From positions 11,575 through 75,574 of IMG/VR virus record IMGVR_UViG_3300033073_001074: a DNA stretch of 64,000 nucleotides, one strand, 5' to 3'. Under the pieces are notes generated by a model that saw only the letters and a program-made list of their open reading frames with translations, had not been told where the DNA came from and did not search any database. This document shows, one piece after another, positions 48,701 through 57,197 of the stretch; position 1 is the stretch's first letter, and each line of letters opens with the position of its first letter. The translations under genes and the position numbers were made by a program. Source of the DNA: a virus (taxonomy: Duplodnaviria; Caudoviricetes).

Positions 48701-51700
48701 ATTAACTTCATTGGCCATTATTTCATTTTGAATTGCACGTTTTTGTCGTGGATTATCTGCAAATGATAATCTATTTTCTAAAACTTCACCTTGTATAGCA
48801 ATAGCTTTAGATTTTAGTTCAGCTTCTTGGTTTGTTAATTCTATAATTTGAGCGAATGCTTCTCTTTGAGCAGTCTCGTAATTAGCAAATACTTCAACAA
48901 TTCCCTTAGCTATATCTGAAGAATCTTTAACATTTTTATCAAATTCACTAATAATTTTTTCAATATCTTCTTGCTTTAATCTTCCTGTATCGCCAATTTT
49001 GACTTCTTGACTTTCAATAATTGCAGATAGTTTGCTCGCTACTTGCGGAGCAATTCCTTTTAATTGTTGTTCAATAAATTGTGAGGCTTTAGGAGTTTTA
49101 CCCCCAACACCTTCTGCAAGAGGAGGAAGATTTATTCCTTCTAACATGCTTCGTAATGATTGCTTAACCTCTGCGCTTTGTCTTAAGCCCTGAGTAATAT
49201 TACTAACTCCGCCACCTAAATTTTTACTTTCAATAAATTTAAGAGTACTTTCTAAGTCTTTACCCGGCTTTAGCTGTTCTAATGCTCTTGTGGAAGGCAC
49301 ATTTGATTTTACCTGACCTTCTCCTGTTAATCTAGATAATTTATCCGCAAGATTAATTTGAAAATCTTCAAGATTATTTTTTGCGGCAGTTATAGAAGCC
49401 TCTAGTGCAATTTGCTGATTTAGTGTTCCAAGAAGTTGTTCTCTTAAAGCGTTTTCTCTAGCAATTGCAAGTTGAGTTTGTTTAGATTGTTTTTCTGCTT
49501 CTGTAAAAGCTAAAGCCACACTTTTAACACCTAAAACAGTGTCTTTAAAAATAAGCTCTTGCTTCAATCCGGGATCTTTAACTGATTCATATTTTCTAGC
49601 TGCATTACTTTTTGCCAGACTCATGGCCGTTATTAAAGCCGCATCTTTAATCTTTTGAGCTTCTGGACCAAAATCGCTTTTTGTATAAGATTCTTTTAAT
49701 TTTCCTATAACAGCTTCTTGAGTAGAATTATATTCATTTAGTAATTTTTCATTACGTTGAATTTCTACTTCATTAATCGCTTTTAGATTAACATCTTTAG
49801 ATGCTTGTTCTATAGAATTTAGAACAGATTCTGCGCCAGTATTGACGCTTTTCATTACATTAATTAAATCACCAGATTTTAAATCCGAAGATAGCTTTTG
49901 CTTGCTTTCATTTAAAGATAATATAGAATCATAGAAAGTATCACTTAATAATTTTGTATTTTTATTTAGCTGATTATTTACAGCTACATCAGCTTCTCCA
50001 TAGGTCATACCTTGTTGCACTCTTGCTCTTACAGCTTCAGTTCTTTTACTAGTTTCTGTTGATAATGCGCTAGTATATCCTTTATTTGAAACATCTTCTA
50101 ATACTTTTCCAGTGAAAGCACTTTTTAAAGTTCTAACATTTGCAGAAGTAGCATTGGATAGAGATTCTGCTAATTTATTTGATGCATCAGCGGCTTCCTG
50201 AGCTTTCTTTGCGTAATACGATTCTACACCTTGTAAAATGGCAAACCCAGCAGCGACTCCTGCAATACCAGCGGTAAGAGGACTTATTCCAGAAATAAGT
50301 GCCCCAATTCCACCCTTGGCAGCGGACCCACCAGCAGCAGTTTGACTTGCAGCGCTTTCTGCTAAATCAGCATTTCTTGCTACTATAGACGCATCAGCTT
50401 CTTGTAAACTTGCCATAGCAGCGGCCTTTGAAGCATTTTTTGCTGCGGCCATGCTAGTTCCCATATCGGCCAAAGATTTTCCAAGAGAATAAATAGCTCC
50501 AAAAGTAGAGATTCCGGCAGAAATCCCCTCTTTTAATGCGTCGCTAAATCCGCTAAATTGAACCGCTGTTGATGCAGCTAAACTACCAAATAGAACTAAA
50601 TTTTCATTAATTTTATTTGTAGCTTGATCATTTTTCTTTGCTGTATCTTCTAGTTCTTTATTATTTCTTTTTTCTTGCTTGATTCTTTTTTCTTGTTCTT
50701 TAGCCAGAGCATCTGCTTGAGCTTTTTGAAGTCTAGCCTCTTTACCTTGACTTGGATTTTTAACACCACCTTGAATAGCAGCATTTAATATTCTTTGTGT
50801 TTGCAGAGAAGAAAATTGTTCATTTTTTTGCGATGGATTACTTTGAATAATTCTTTCGACTGACTTCATCGCGCCAACAAGGTGTTCGCTTTCATTTGCA
50901 ACTGCATAAAGTATATCTTTAACTTCTGCTAGTTTTTGAAGTCCTACACCAGCTTCATCTAGTTTTCTAATGAAATTATTAATTGATACTTCATCGTCGG
51001 AAGTCATACCGCCAGTAGCAAAATGTTTTACATTGACAGCGCCACCTTTAGCAAACTTGCCAACTTTATTCATTTTGTCTAAAGCTGAATATCCTATTTT
51101 TTGTGCAGAGGCTTTGTTAATAACGAATTCGCCCGGAGTCAACATAGCGGGAACTGTATCTGTTTCTCCGCCTTTAGACATCCAAGGAATATCTGTTAAG
51201 CTGGCAATAGATCCGCCATTTGCAACTTTTTTAAATTTGGTATTACCACCTTTAATTGTTTCATAACCATATCTTTTTGCAAAGTCTTCTAAACTTTCAT
51301 CTTGATTTGATAATGACTTATATATAGGATCAGATTTAAGAGTTGCTAATGGAGAAGATTTTTTAAAGAATTTCTGAATACCTTCTTTATTAGCATAAAC
51401 CTCAATAGCTTCTTGCGCTATATAATCTCTAGCTTTATTGATCAAACTAATAATAGATTTATCGGTAAAAGACGTTTTTGCATCTGTTGGAATTGATCCT
51501 ATTTTTTTAGTTAATATATTGTCAAATCTACCGCCAAGACCCGTAGGAAAGTCAAATGGCTGATTTCCCGCGCCAGTATCAGCAGTATCAGCAAATTTAC
51601 CGCTGGCAGTTTTTAATGTGGCTTCAAATATATTTCCAAGAGTTTGATCTAAGTTTGACGCTTTTAGTAATTTATATGTCGCACCTTCATTTAAACCCTC

Positions 51701-53677
51701 TACGGGAACTCCCGCATCGCGCATTAAGGAGTCTGCATTGTTATCAACTAATTTAATTAAATCCCCAAATAAACTTTCTTGAAATTTATCTTTAAATTTG
51801 CTATCTATAGAAGCAGAATGTATTTTAAAACTAATGCCATTGCCTAATTTTTGTTCTTTTAATCCTTCTGTAATATAATCTACACCAAGAGTAGATCCAG
51901 CCTTTGCATTTTTATATCTGTCAGTAATATCAGCCAAACTAACTTTAGCTGGAATATCTTCTTCTATATCATTCGGCCTTAAAAAGACTGCGCCGAACTC
52001 TTTATCAAATTGAGTTAGTCCACTTTTAAGAAATGCTCTTTCAGCAGCACCTTCTTTTGCGCCACTCGCTTGAAATTTAGCTAAACTTGAAGAAGAGTCG
52101 TCTTCCATATATTTTTTACGGAAAGAAGCACCAGTTTCTTTTCCGCCAATACCGTGCTTATTCATCTTGGCTAAATTTTCAATACCAAGAGAATTTACAG
52201 AACTTTTTCTGATAACAAATTCTCCGGGACTCAACATTGCCGGAACAGTATCGGAATTCCCAACTCCGGGAACAAGTCCTCCAGATGCAAAATGATGAAT
52301 TTGCCCACCTTGAGCTTTTCTCATCATTCCCATTCCTGTTACTTGTCTTATCGCCGGAACAAATGCCTGTCCCAGTTTGATGGCGGCAACACTAGCTAAA
52401 AGTGGAATAATAGGCTTAATAGATGATGCCACTTTAATCATTGCGCTTGCAAGGGAAAGAGCATCACTAACTATCGTTTTAAAGGTAGAAGTTTCTGTTA
52501 ATTCTCTAATTAGAGCTTTAAACTCTTCTTTCACTCTATCAATTTGAACTGCTAATGATTGTTGTGCTGTTGCGGCATCTTTAGCTAGTGAACCGCTAGA
52601 TTGTTGGGCAGTATTCAATGCTCTTTGAGATACATTAAATTGTTGAATCAATGGAATAACCTTAGAAACTTGACGGAATCCACCAAGTTGTTCAACAACA
52701 AGATTGAATCTAAAGTCTCTAGGATCGATTGTATTTAATGCAGCACTTAATCGTTTAGTCGCTTCAATTGGTCCTACGAATTTGCCTTCGGCATCTTGTA
52801 GTTCAATACCAAGAGCTTTTAAATTATTAATTGTATCAACACGCTGCATACGTGTGAATATTGTTCTTAAGCCCGTCGAAATACTTTCAGCAGATTCACG
52901 GGTTGTACTTCTAATAGATGTGAATAATGCTAATAGTTCATCTAAGTTGCCACCAGCGCTTTCAAACGCAGATCCAGTAGTTCTAATTGCTGTAATTAAG
53001 TCGGATGATTCAACAGCAAAATCTTTAGAAACTTGATTAATAGCAGATAAAGATCTCTCTAAAAATTGAACTTCTGTACCAGTTCTTTGAGCATCTCTAC
53101 CAAACTGATTTAAAAGAGCAATTGCGCCCTCAGTAGTGTCAGCAATTGAATCAAAGGTAGCAGCTAATTCTGTTTGCGCTAATACTTTAAGAGCGCCCTT
53201 AACCTTGTCAGCGGCAATACCGGCTTGAGTAAGATTTCTAGCGGCAACAATTAATTCCGCTGACGATGCTCCCAGTGAAGTTGACACATTAGTTATTTCT
53301 TTTGTCAGTCCAGCTAATTGAGCTTTCGTTTGTCCAGTGGCTTGTGCGATTTTAACAACTTCACGTTCAAACGTAATAGCCTCACCCACACCCGATTTAA
53401 TAGCTCTAGCAAGCCCTACAAACGTAGCTGTAGCGGCTGTTAAAGCTGTGAATCGTCTAGTGGCTGAGACTATGCCATTTGCGAAATCGCCAAATGACTT
53501 CGATGATTGTTTAGCAGTTGTGCCAATCTTCTGAATTTGAGCCTGCGCTTGGGCCAAATCTTTGATCTTAATATTTAAGTTAGCACCCGCAAACTGCTTT
53601 TTTAAATTACCAACAACTTGGTTAAGGTTCTTTGTTTGTAAATTAAGTTCCGCAGTTATTGTAAACTTTGAAGCCAT
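45794..53677 (-). CDS. Tail tape measure protein (2627 aa, modular)
   Basis: FEREVVKIAQATG, TAIRTTGSAF, ESISTGLRTIFTR (TP901-type TMP core), long Ala/Lys/Gln helical stretches, position after the tail chaperones. Confidence 0.92.
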   Translation of the reverse strand: MASKFTITAELNLQTKNLNQVVGNLKKQFAGANLNIKIKDLAQAQAQIQKIGTTAKQSSKSFGDFANGIVSATRRFTALTAATATFVGLARAIKSGVGEAITFEREVVKIAQATGQTKAQLAGLTKEITNVSTSLGASSAELIVAARNLTQAGIAADKVKGALKVLAQTELAATFDSIADTTEGAIALLNQFGRDAQRTGTEVQFLERSLSAINQVSKDFAVESSDLITAIRTTGSAFESAGGNLDELLALFTSIRSTTRESAESISTGLRTIFTRMQRVDTINNLKALGIELQDAEGKFVGPIEATKRLSAALNTIDPRDFRFNLVVEQLGGFRQVSKVIPLIQQFNVSQRALNTAQQSSGSLAKDAATAQQSLAVQIDRVKEEFKALIRELTETSTFKTIVSDALSLASAMIKVASSIKPIIPLLASVAAIKLGQAFVPAIRQVTGMGMMRKAQGGQIHHFASGGLVPGVGNSDTVPAMLSPGEFVIRKSSVNSLGIENLAKMNKHGIGGKETGASFRKKYMEDDSSSSLAKFQASGAKEGAAERAFLKSGLTQFDKEFGAVFLRPNDIEEDIPAKVSLADITDRYKNAKAGSTLGVDYITEGLKEQKLGNGISFKIHSASIDSKFKDKFQESLFGDLIKLVDNNADSLMRDAGVPVEGLNEGATYKLLKASNLDQTLGNIFEATLKTASGKFADTADTGAGNQPFDFPTGLGGRFDNILTKKIGSIPTDAKTSFTDKSIISLINKARDYIAQEAIEVYANKEGIQKFFKKSSPLATLKSDPIYKSLSNQDESLEDFAKRYGYETIKGGNTKFKKVANGGSIASLTDIPWMSKGGETDTVPAMLTPGEFVINKASAQKIGYSALDKMNKVGKFAKGGAVNVKHFATGGMTSDDEVSINNFIRKLDEAGVGLQKLAEVKDILYAVANESEHLVGAMKSVERIIQSNPSQKNEQFSSLQTQRILNAAIQGGVKNPSQGKEARLQKAQADALAKEQEKRIKQEKRNNKELEDTAKKNDQATNKINENLVLFGSLAASTAVQFSGFSDALKEGISAGISTFGAIYSLGKSLADMGTSMAAAKNASKAAAMASLQEADASIVARNADLAESAASQTAAGGSAAKGGIGALISGISPLTAGIAGVAAGFAILQGVESYYAKKAQEAADASNKLAESLSNATSANVRTLKSAFTGKVLEDVSNKGYTSALSTETSKRTEAVRARVQQGMTYGEADVAVNNQLNKNTKLLSDTFYDSILSLNESKQKLSSDLKSGDLINVMKSVNTGAESVLNSIEQASKDVNLKAINEVEIQRNEKLLNEYNSTQEAVIGKLKESYTKSDFGPEAQKIKDAALITAMSLAKSNAARKYESVKDPGLKQELIFKDTVLGVKSVALAFTEAEKQSKQTQLAIARENALREQLLGTLNQQIALEASITAAKNNLEDFQINLADKLSRLTGEGQVKSNVPSTRALEQLKPGKDLESTLKFIESKNLGGGVSNITQGLRQSAEVKQSLRSMLEGINLPPLAEGVGGKTPKASQFIEQQLKGIAPQVASKLSAIIESQEVKIGDTGRLKQEDIEKIISEFDKNVKDSSDIAKGIVEVFANYETAQREAFAQIIELTNQEAELKSKAIAIQGEVLENRLSFADNPRQKRAIQNEIMANEVNANVAKFGLTGKDEQSFRKGGVEAVNGLLDGIREAQAQLAKGGLNDNATQETQNRIKRLNGALDTLAESSKTLAVLQQQQADAQQQVNDIQSAQEDLVFGGQENRMQTAQTENFLRMFLNNPMFQAKIAASGGLNDEALKNIQQFASKFRNVELGPGLGNRTGQDIINEIIRFQGNPLGNLQNRAEARRMDATTRVEGVMQQRRAAIEGIAGLKGDQANALRAELAEIKSPEELLRKENTIQLQVLNTKTEALNKSLSDLGVNLKPLTDERIKNLTDEITKLKDEEVKLKDEVIKLESAIKNFNGQPIPPMEQGERKFSSGGVVYAANGKYVNFKPQGTDTVPAMLSPGEFVIRKSAVDKVGADKLHAINSGNYKAFGGYPTWMDRSSNWMDNNFLNTSNAMMSSWYNYATAPDRAFGQFSNYMYNSFNDTAFGMIDAFNQTAMNGFAGVGGFSPLNMQFSNNMPMNIGLPFAVGGLASKRNAARKRAEKRAIAKGNLLKVQREAGGDILVPTVSAAQRRAGLGNFSIGSGLYEVERRRAEDIVNEYADKQDEIKKKKEYQDWAAQKRAEATAKAKAKYPDENKDVVDARNKRIEAYEEEIRNRPNNKKIGLQELLAMAEKQKEDQKNIRIERDRRNAERGLAPIVNTPPSGVKIEESDSWIDANAKTFGNPTLESRKKTQDEEQARRNAEKSKKDWDEANNRAMQGRGVVPPRTELESYSGGPVAYWHGIPTTPDNYIKLKAEEDAKNKAEIDEKTRQADEAAANVRGTWMSKVGNWLGTAFATGGIVPSTGFAKGGIKNIGSTDKIPAMLTPGEFVMNERAVKKYGTHAMNKLNNGQMQGFATGGIVGGVTYAAGGGAIGGGPAVDMSSINNAINSAFATGSKYIQDALGNNPLTESLNQFSNNIQSFVDKLTNINMTHTVNLQGSVTVAGLNVNEINDVITKNIGNLIKEKIQDYMSNTNKQWKPG

Positions 53678-53700
53678 TAATTAATTCCTCATAAATAAAG

Positions 53701-53748
53701 TGTGCTGAATAGCATCTAACCAATAAAAATCGGACACTATCCAGCACA
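53701..53748 (-). promoter_or_regulatory. Long hairpin in the TMP 5' leader
   Basis: Inverted repeat TGTGCTGAATAG (53701-53712) / CTATCCAGCACA (53737-53748), one mismatch. Confidence 0.5.
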
Positions 53749-53772
53749 AGCTACTTTCCATCCTCAACTAAA

Positions 53773-53780
53773 TATACACA
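53773..53780 (-). promoter_or_regulatory. Candidate late-promoter motif TGTGTATA
   Basis: Intergenic, 95 nt upstream of the TMP start. Confidence 0.5.
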
Positions 53781-53783
53781 ATA

Positions 53784-54680
53784 TTATTCAGTGTCGGACT
53801 TCTTTTTCTTTGTTTTTTTTGCAGTATCTTCGGGTTCTGGAGCGGCAGTCTCAATGACATTACCATTCTCATCAAGAAGATTTCCATCGTCATCTGTAAA
53901 TGGAGAGAATACAATGTCTTCGACGGGCTTTCCATCTCTAGTAACAAAGTATTGTTTACCACTTGCGTCATAAGCAACATAACGATTATTTTCATCAATT
54001 AGTCGCTCAACTCCGTTTTCATCAATAGCGATTAGGTGTCCATCTTTATTGATATATCGCCCCTCAGCATCCGTAAATTTAAATGTCTTTAGGAACTTAT
54101 TCTCTGGAAGATTATCCTCATAATTTGGATCAAGATTATATAGCATATTTGCTAATTCACTTGCAGCTTTGATAGCCCAAGGTTCAGATGACTTAGCATT
54201 GTAATCGTCTAAATTAGCGAATACACTCTTCTTAGTATTTGGATCAACAACACAAGTTGAAACTAAAGAGTCAAAACGAGCATTGTCCGCAAGCCCCTCA
54301 GCAGTTGTATTGTCATATACAGATCTCTCTGCAATCAAGTCACGAAACTCATTTCTTAACTTCTTAAGTTCTAAAGCTGCAACTTTTGCATCCTTGAGTG
54401 TCATTCCACCCTTTTTGAGTTGAGTTTCTCTTGCGTTGATTCGTGATACATAGTCATTATATTTAGTTTGTTTTGCATCATCCCAAATGCCTTGTTCTTT
54501 TAGATAGTCATCTAATTTTTGACGAAGCAAAACTTTGCTTTCAAGCGCTACACGCATCGCTTTATTGTATTCAATTTGAGCAGTGCGTAAATCTACTGAA
54601 TTTGGTTTTCTCACAAGAACAGTTACAGTGTCCGTTCCATCTTCGTTCTTAAGTCCGGTAACAAGTCTTTCTTCTGCCAT
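53784..54680 (-). CDS. Probable tail assembly chaperone
   Basis: Helical, charged 298-aa protein directly upstream of the TMP. Confidence 0.55.
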   Translation of the reverse strand: MAEERLVTGLKNEDGTDTVTVLVRKPNSVDLRTAQIEYNKAMRVALESKVLLRQKLDDYLKEQGIWDDAKQTKYNDYVSRINARETQLKKGGMTLKDAKVAALELKKLRNEFRDLIAERSVYDNTTAEGLADNARFDSLVSTCVVDPNTKKSVFANLDDYNAKSSEPWAIKAASELANMLYNLDPNYEDNLPENKFLKTFKFTDAEGRYINKDGHLIAIDENGVERLIDENNRYVAYDASGKQYFVTRDGKPVEDIVFSPFTDDDGNLLDENGNVIETAAPEPEDTAKKTKKKKSDTE

Positions 54681-54682
54681 AA

Positions 54683-55027
54683 TTATCTTTCCTTAATTGG
54701 TAAACTTATAGTATATCTTTTAAAAGTAACATCGTAATTCTGAAATTCGTTTTCCAAATTCCTTATTTGTGTGTTACCACGATCAAGTATCTCTGACCTC
54801 ATTTCCTCGAAAATATTCCTTAATTTTTCCTGTTCTGGCGTTGGATTATCATCATCCCATAAAAAATCAAGACACTTTTCGATTGTTGAAATTGCTCCGA
54901 TCATTGTAGTTTGTACTTTTTTCGTAGCAACTCGTAAGAGTCTATCTTTCGCAGCCTCCTTTTCTCTATCTTCCCTTTTTTGCTTTAAATCTAAACTCTT
55001 TTTTAAATATTGCGATAAATCACTCAT
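54683..55027 (-). CDS. Hypothetical protein (tail assembly region)
   Basis: 114-aa helical ORF. Confidence 0.65.
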   Translation of the reverse strand: MSDLSQYLKKSLDLKQKREDREKEAAKDRLLRVATKKVQTTMIGAISTIEKCLDFLWDDDNPTPEQEKLRNIFEEMRSEILDRGNTQIRNLENEFQNYDVTFKRYTISLPIKER

Positions 55028-55038
55028 TTATTATCCTC

Positions 55039-56073
55039 TTACATCTTGTTTATAAATGCCTTAGTGGCCTGCATATCCATTTCCATTTTTACATCTATAA
55101 AGTCTTTATCAGTTACGCTTCCTTTTTCTTGTACAACTGCCATTCTCTGTTTTTTAATCTGCTCAATATGAGGAGGATTAACTGAATTAATTCTTTCAGC
55201 TTCTTTCTCACTTGATGCAAGAACAAAAATTTCATTTGAATTAGAGATTTTAGAATTAGTAATTTTATTTTCAACTTCGCGCTCTGTTCTACTTTTTTCA
55301 GATTTGCGTCGTTGTTCAATAAACCACCCATCTAAACAATCATCATCTTCAATAATTTCTTCATCTGGATGTTCGGGGCTTTCGTATACATTATCATACA
55401 TAATAGAATAGCCACAGAGAGCTAGCTGATCTTTAGTATAATTTGATGAACATTCATTGAATATATTTCCGGTTTTTTTTCCTACTGACCAGATTGATCT
55501 CCATGTATCAAATCTAGCCAATTCTCTTATATCTACGGATGAAATAGAATTATCTTCATAATAACTTACAAGATCGGTTAAATTAACGTGCTTCCAATCA
55601 TACAGTTTATTAGTCGATTTGTAATAAGTCGAGTTTTCTATAATCCAATTCCATCTAGCATAATTTGCCGCATTTTCACATGTATACTTATCGTATTGTG
55701 ATTTTTTAATAGACAACTTCGCTATTTCATATTCAATAGATCTAATTTTTGATTTGATACCAAATAGCGATCTTTTATTATAAAATGACTTGAACGCATT
55801 TACTTTATTATCTTCTACTTCTTTTTTTAGATCTTCTATAATTTTATCGTCAAATGGTGTCCAGTTTCCTTGTTCGAGATTATAATCATTTATCTCCTGC
55901 TGAAGATATACACCATTAAAATATGCTTGTTTAAATGCTTCCTCGTATATTTCAACCGATTCAAGCATTAGATTTTGATTTGGCTCTAAAATAAATAACG
56001 AAAGATCGCCTCGCCTAAAGTTGAGACGACCTTTCATTATTCGTAATAATTTAAATTCCTTTTCCTGTGACAT
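55039..56073 (-). CDS. Hypothetical protein, possible tail chaperone
   Basis: 344-aa charged ORF between the major tail gene and the TMP. Confidence 0.55.
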   Translation of the reverse strand: MSQEKEFKLLRIMKGRLNFRRGDLSLFILEPNQNLMLESVEIYEEAFKQAYFNGVYLQQEINDYNLEQGNWTPFDDKIIEDLKKEVEDNKVNAFKSFYNKRSLFGIKSKIRSIEYEIAKLSIKKSQYDKYTCENAANYARWNWIIENSTYYKSTNKLYDWKHVNLTDLVSYYEDNSISSVDIRELARFDTWRSIWSVGKKTGNIFNECSSNYTKDQLALCGYSIMYDNVYESPEHPDEEIIEDDDCLDGWFIEQRRKSEKSRTEREVENKITNSKISNSNEIFVLASSEKEAERINSVNPPHIEQIKKQRMAVVQEKGSVTDKDFIDVKMEMDMQATKAFINKM

Positions 56074-56090
56074 CCCGCTTACATTTCTAC

Positions 56091-57122
56091 TTAGTTTCCT
56101 GAGTATGTGTCATACTGAGTTGAATCATTATCATATACTAGGAAGTCATTAAATGTAACATATGAATAGGTAGCTGTTGCATTACCTCCACCTGTGTCTC
56201 CACCTGTGTAGTTAACGCTTTGAAGTCTATTTTTTGTGCCTAGATCAATAAATACACCAGTTGTTGTTGAATTATCAGCGCTAGAGAATGAAGCAATTTT
56301 AATTGCATTATCAGCAGATGTACCTCTTGGTTGATATCCGCTAGCGTCAACATAATCACCACTTAGTGATATAACTTGGAATTCAGAAGTAATCTGAATC
56401 GGGAACTGTGTATATTTGACATATGGACGATATGATCCAAGTTCAAAGATATTATCACGTCTAAAGTCTGCGGTCACGCTGATACTTTGTACGTTACCAA
56501 CACCACCTCTAATTACACCAGAAACTTCTTTTGGAAGTACTGTTGGGTTATCCATTTTTACATTCTGTCTTCTGACAACCGTGCTTGTTGGTGAGTTTCC
56601 ACCGAAGGTAGCTGGTAAAGTATATCCAGTTGGAACTTGCCAGTATTTATCAAACCCTTGAAGAGTGATGGATTCTTTAGCGCTACCATCAACTGTAAAG
56701 TTATAAGAAACATTGCTTAGACGCAAACCGCTACAGAAAACTAGACCTTGTACGGTATTTCCTGTTGCGTTTTGGTTTGTATCCGGGTAAATAGCAAGAT
56801 AAACATTCGTCGCTCTTGAAGAAGCTGCTACAAGATTTGTATTGCCATCTTTACCTACAGATTGTAGATATAGAAGTTTGTTACCATCAATTACTTTTTC
56901 GATTGTAACTTCAACTTCTGGAACGTTATCTACGTTTTGATAAATACCAAGTTGTCCAAGTTCAAAAATTTGTTCTAGATTGAAATTTGAAGTAATTCCA
57001 ACGCTTTGAACACCCTTCATCCATTGAAAACTATTTGAATTGGTACTAATTGCATTTGGAAAAATTCCACTGTGACCAATTCCTACCGCTTGAACTGCAT
57101 AAAATATACGATTATTAGCCAT
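56091..57122 (-). CDS. Major tail (tube) protein with internal duplication
   Basis: Position between neck genes and chaperones/TMP; two repeats, VQSVGITSNFNLEQIFELG and VQSISVTADFRRDNIFELG. Confidence 0.75.
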   Translation of the reverse strand: MANNRIFYAVQAVGIGHSGIFPNAISTNSNSFQWMKGVQSVGITSNFNLEQIFELGQLGIYQNVDNVPEVEVTIEKVIDGNKLLYLQSVGKDGNTNLVAASSRATNVYLAIYPDTNQNATGNTVQGLVFCSGLRLSNVSYNFTVDGSAKESITLQGFDKYWQVPTGYTLPATFGGNSPTSTVVRRQNVKMDNPTVLPKEVSGVIRGGVGNVQSISVTADFRRDNIFELGSYRPYVKYTQFPIQITSEFQVISLSGDYVDASGYQPRGTSADNAIKIASFSSADNSTTTGVFIDLGTKNRLQSVNYTGGDTGGGNATATYSYVTFNDFLVYDNDSTQYDTYSGN

Positions 57123-57160
57123 TGATTTTATTCTCCATGTAACATAGATCTATGCTTTTT

Positions 57161-57194
57161 AAAAAAGAGCCTATAAGCTATTAAGCTATACACA
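57161..57194 (-). promoter_or_regulatory. Candidate late promoter TGTGTATA-N16-GCTCTTTTTT
   Basis: Intergenic upstream of the major tail gene; same spacing as 37856-37889. Confidence 0.55.
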
Positions 57195-57197
57195 TTT

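Noticed and set aside
53768-53998. Programmed -1 frameshift in the tail chaperone (A-run GCAAAAAAAAC near the 3' end of 53784-54680) and the overlapping 76-aa ORF
   Set aside because: The alternative frame stops at 53768, only a few codons past the normal stop, so no long G-T style fusion results. The A-run is explained by Lys codons.
56407-56414. TGTGTATA on the + strand inside the major tail gene
   Set aside because: Antisense and intragenic; an 8-mer of this composition is expected a few times by chance. My scan for the motif was manual and not exhaustive.
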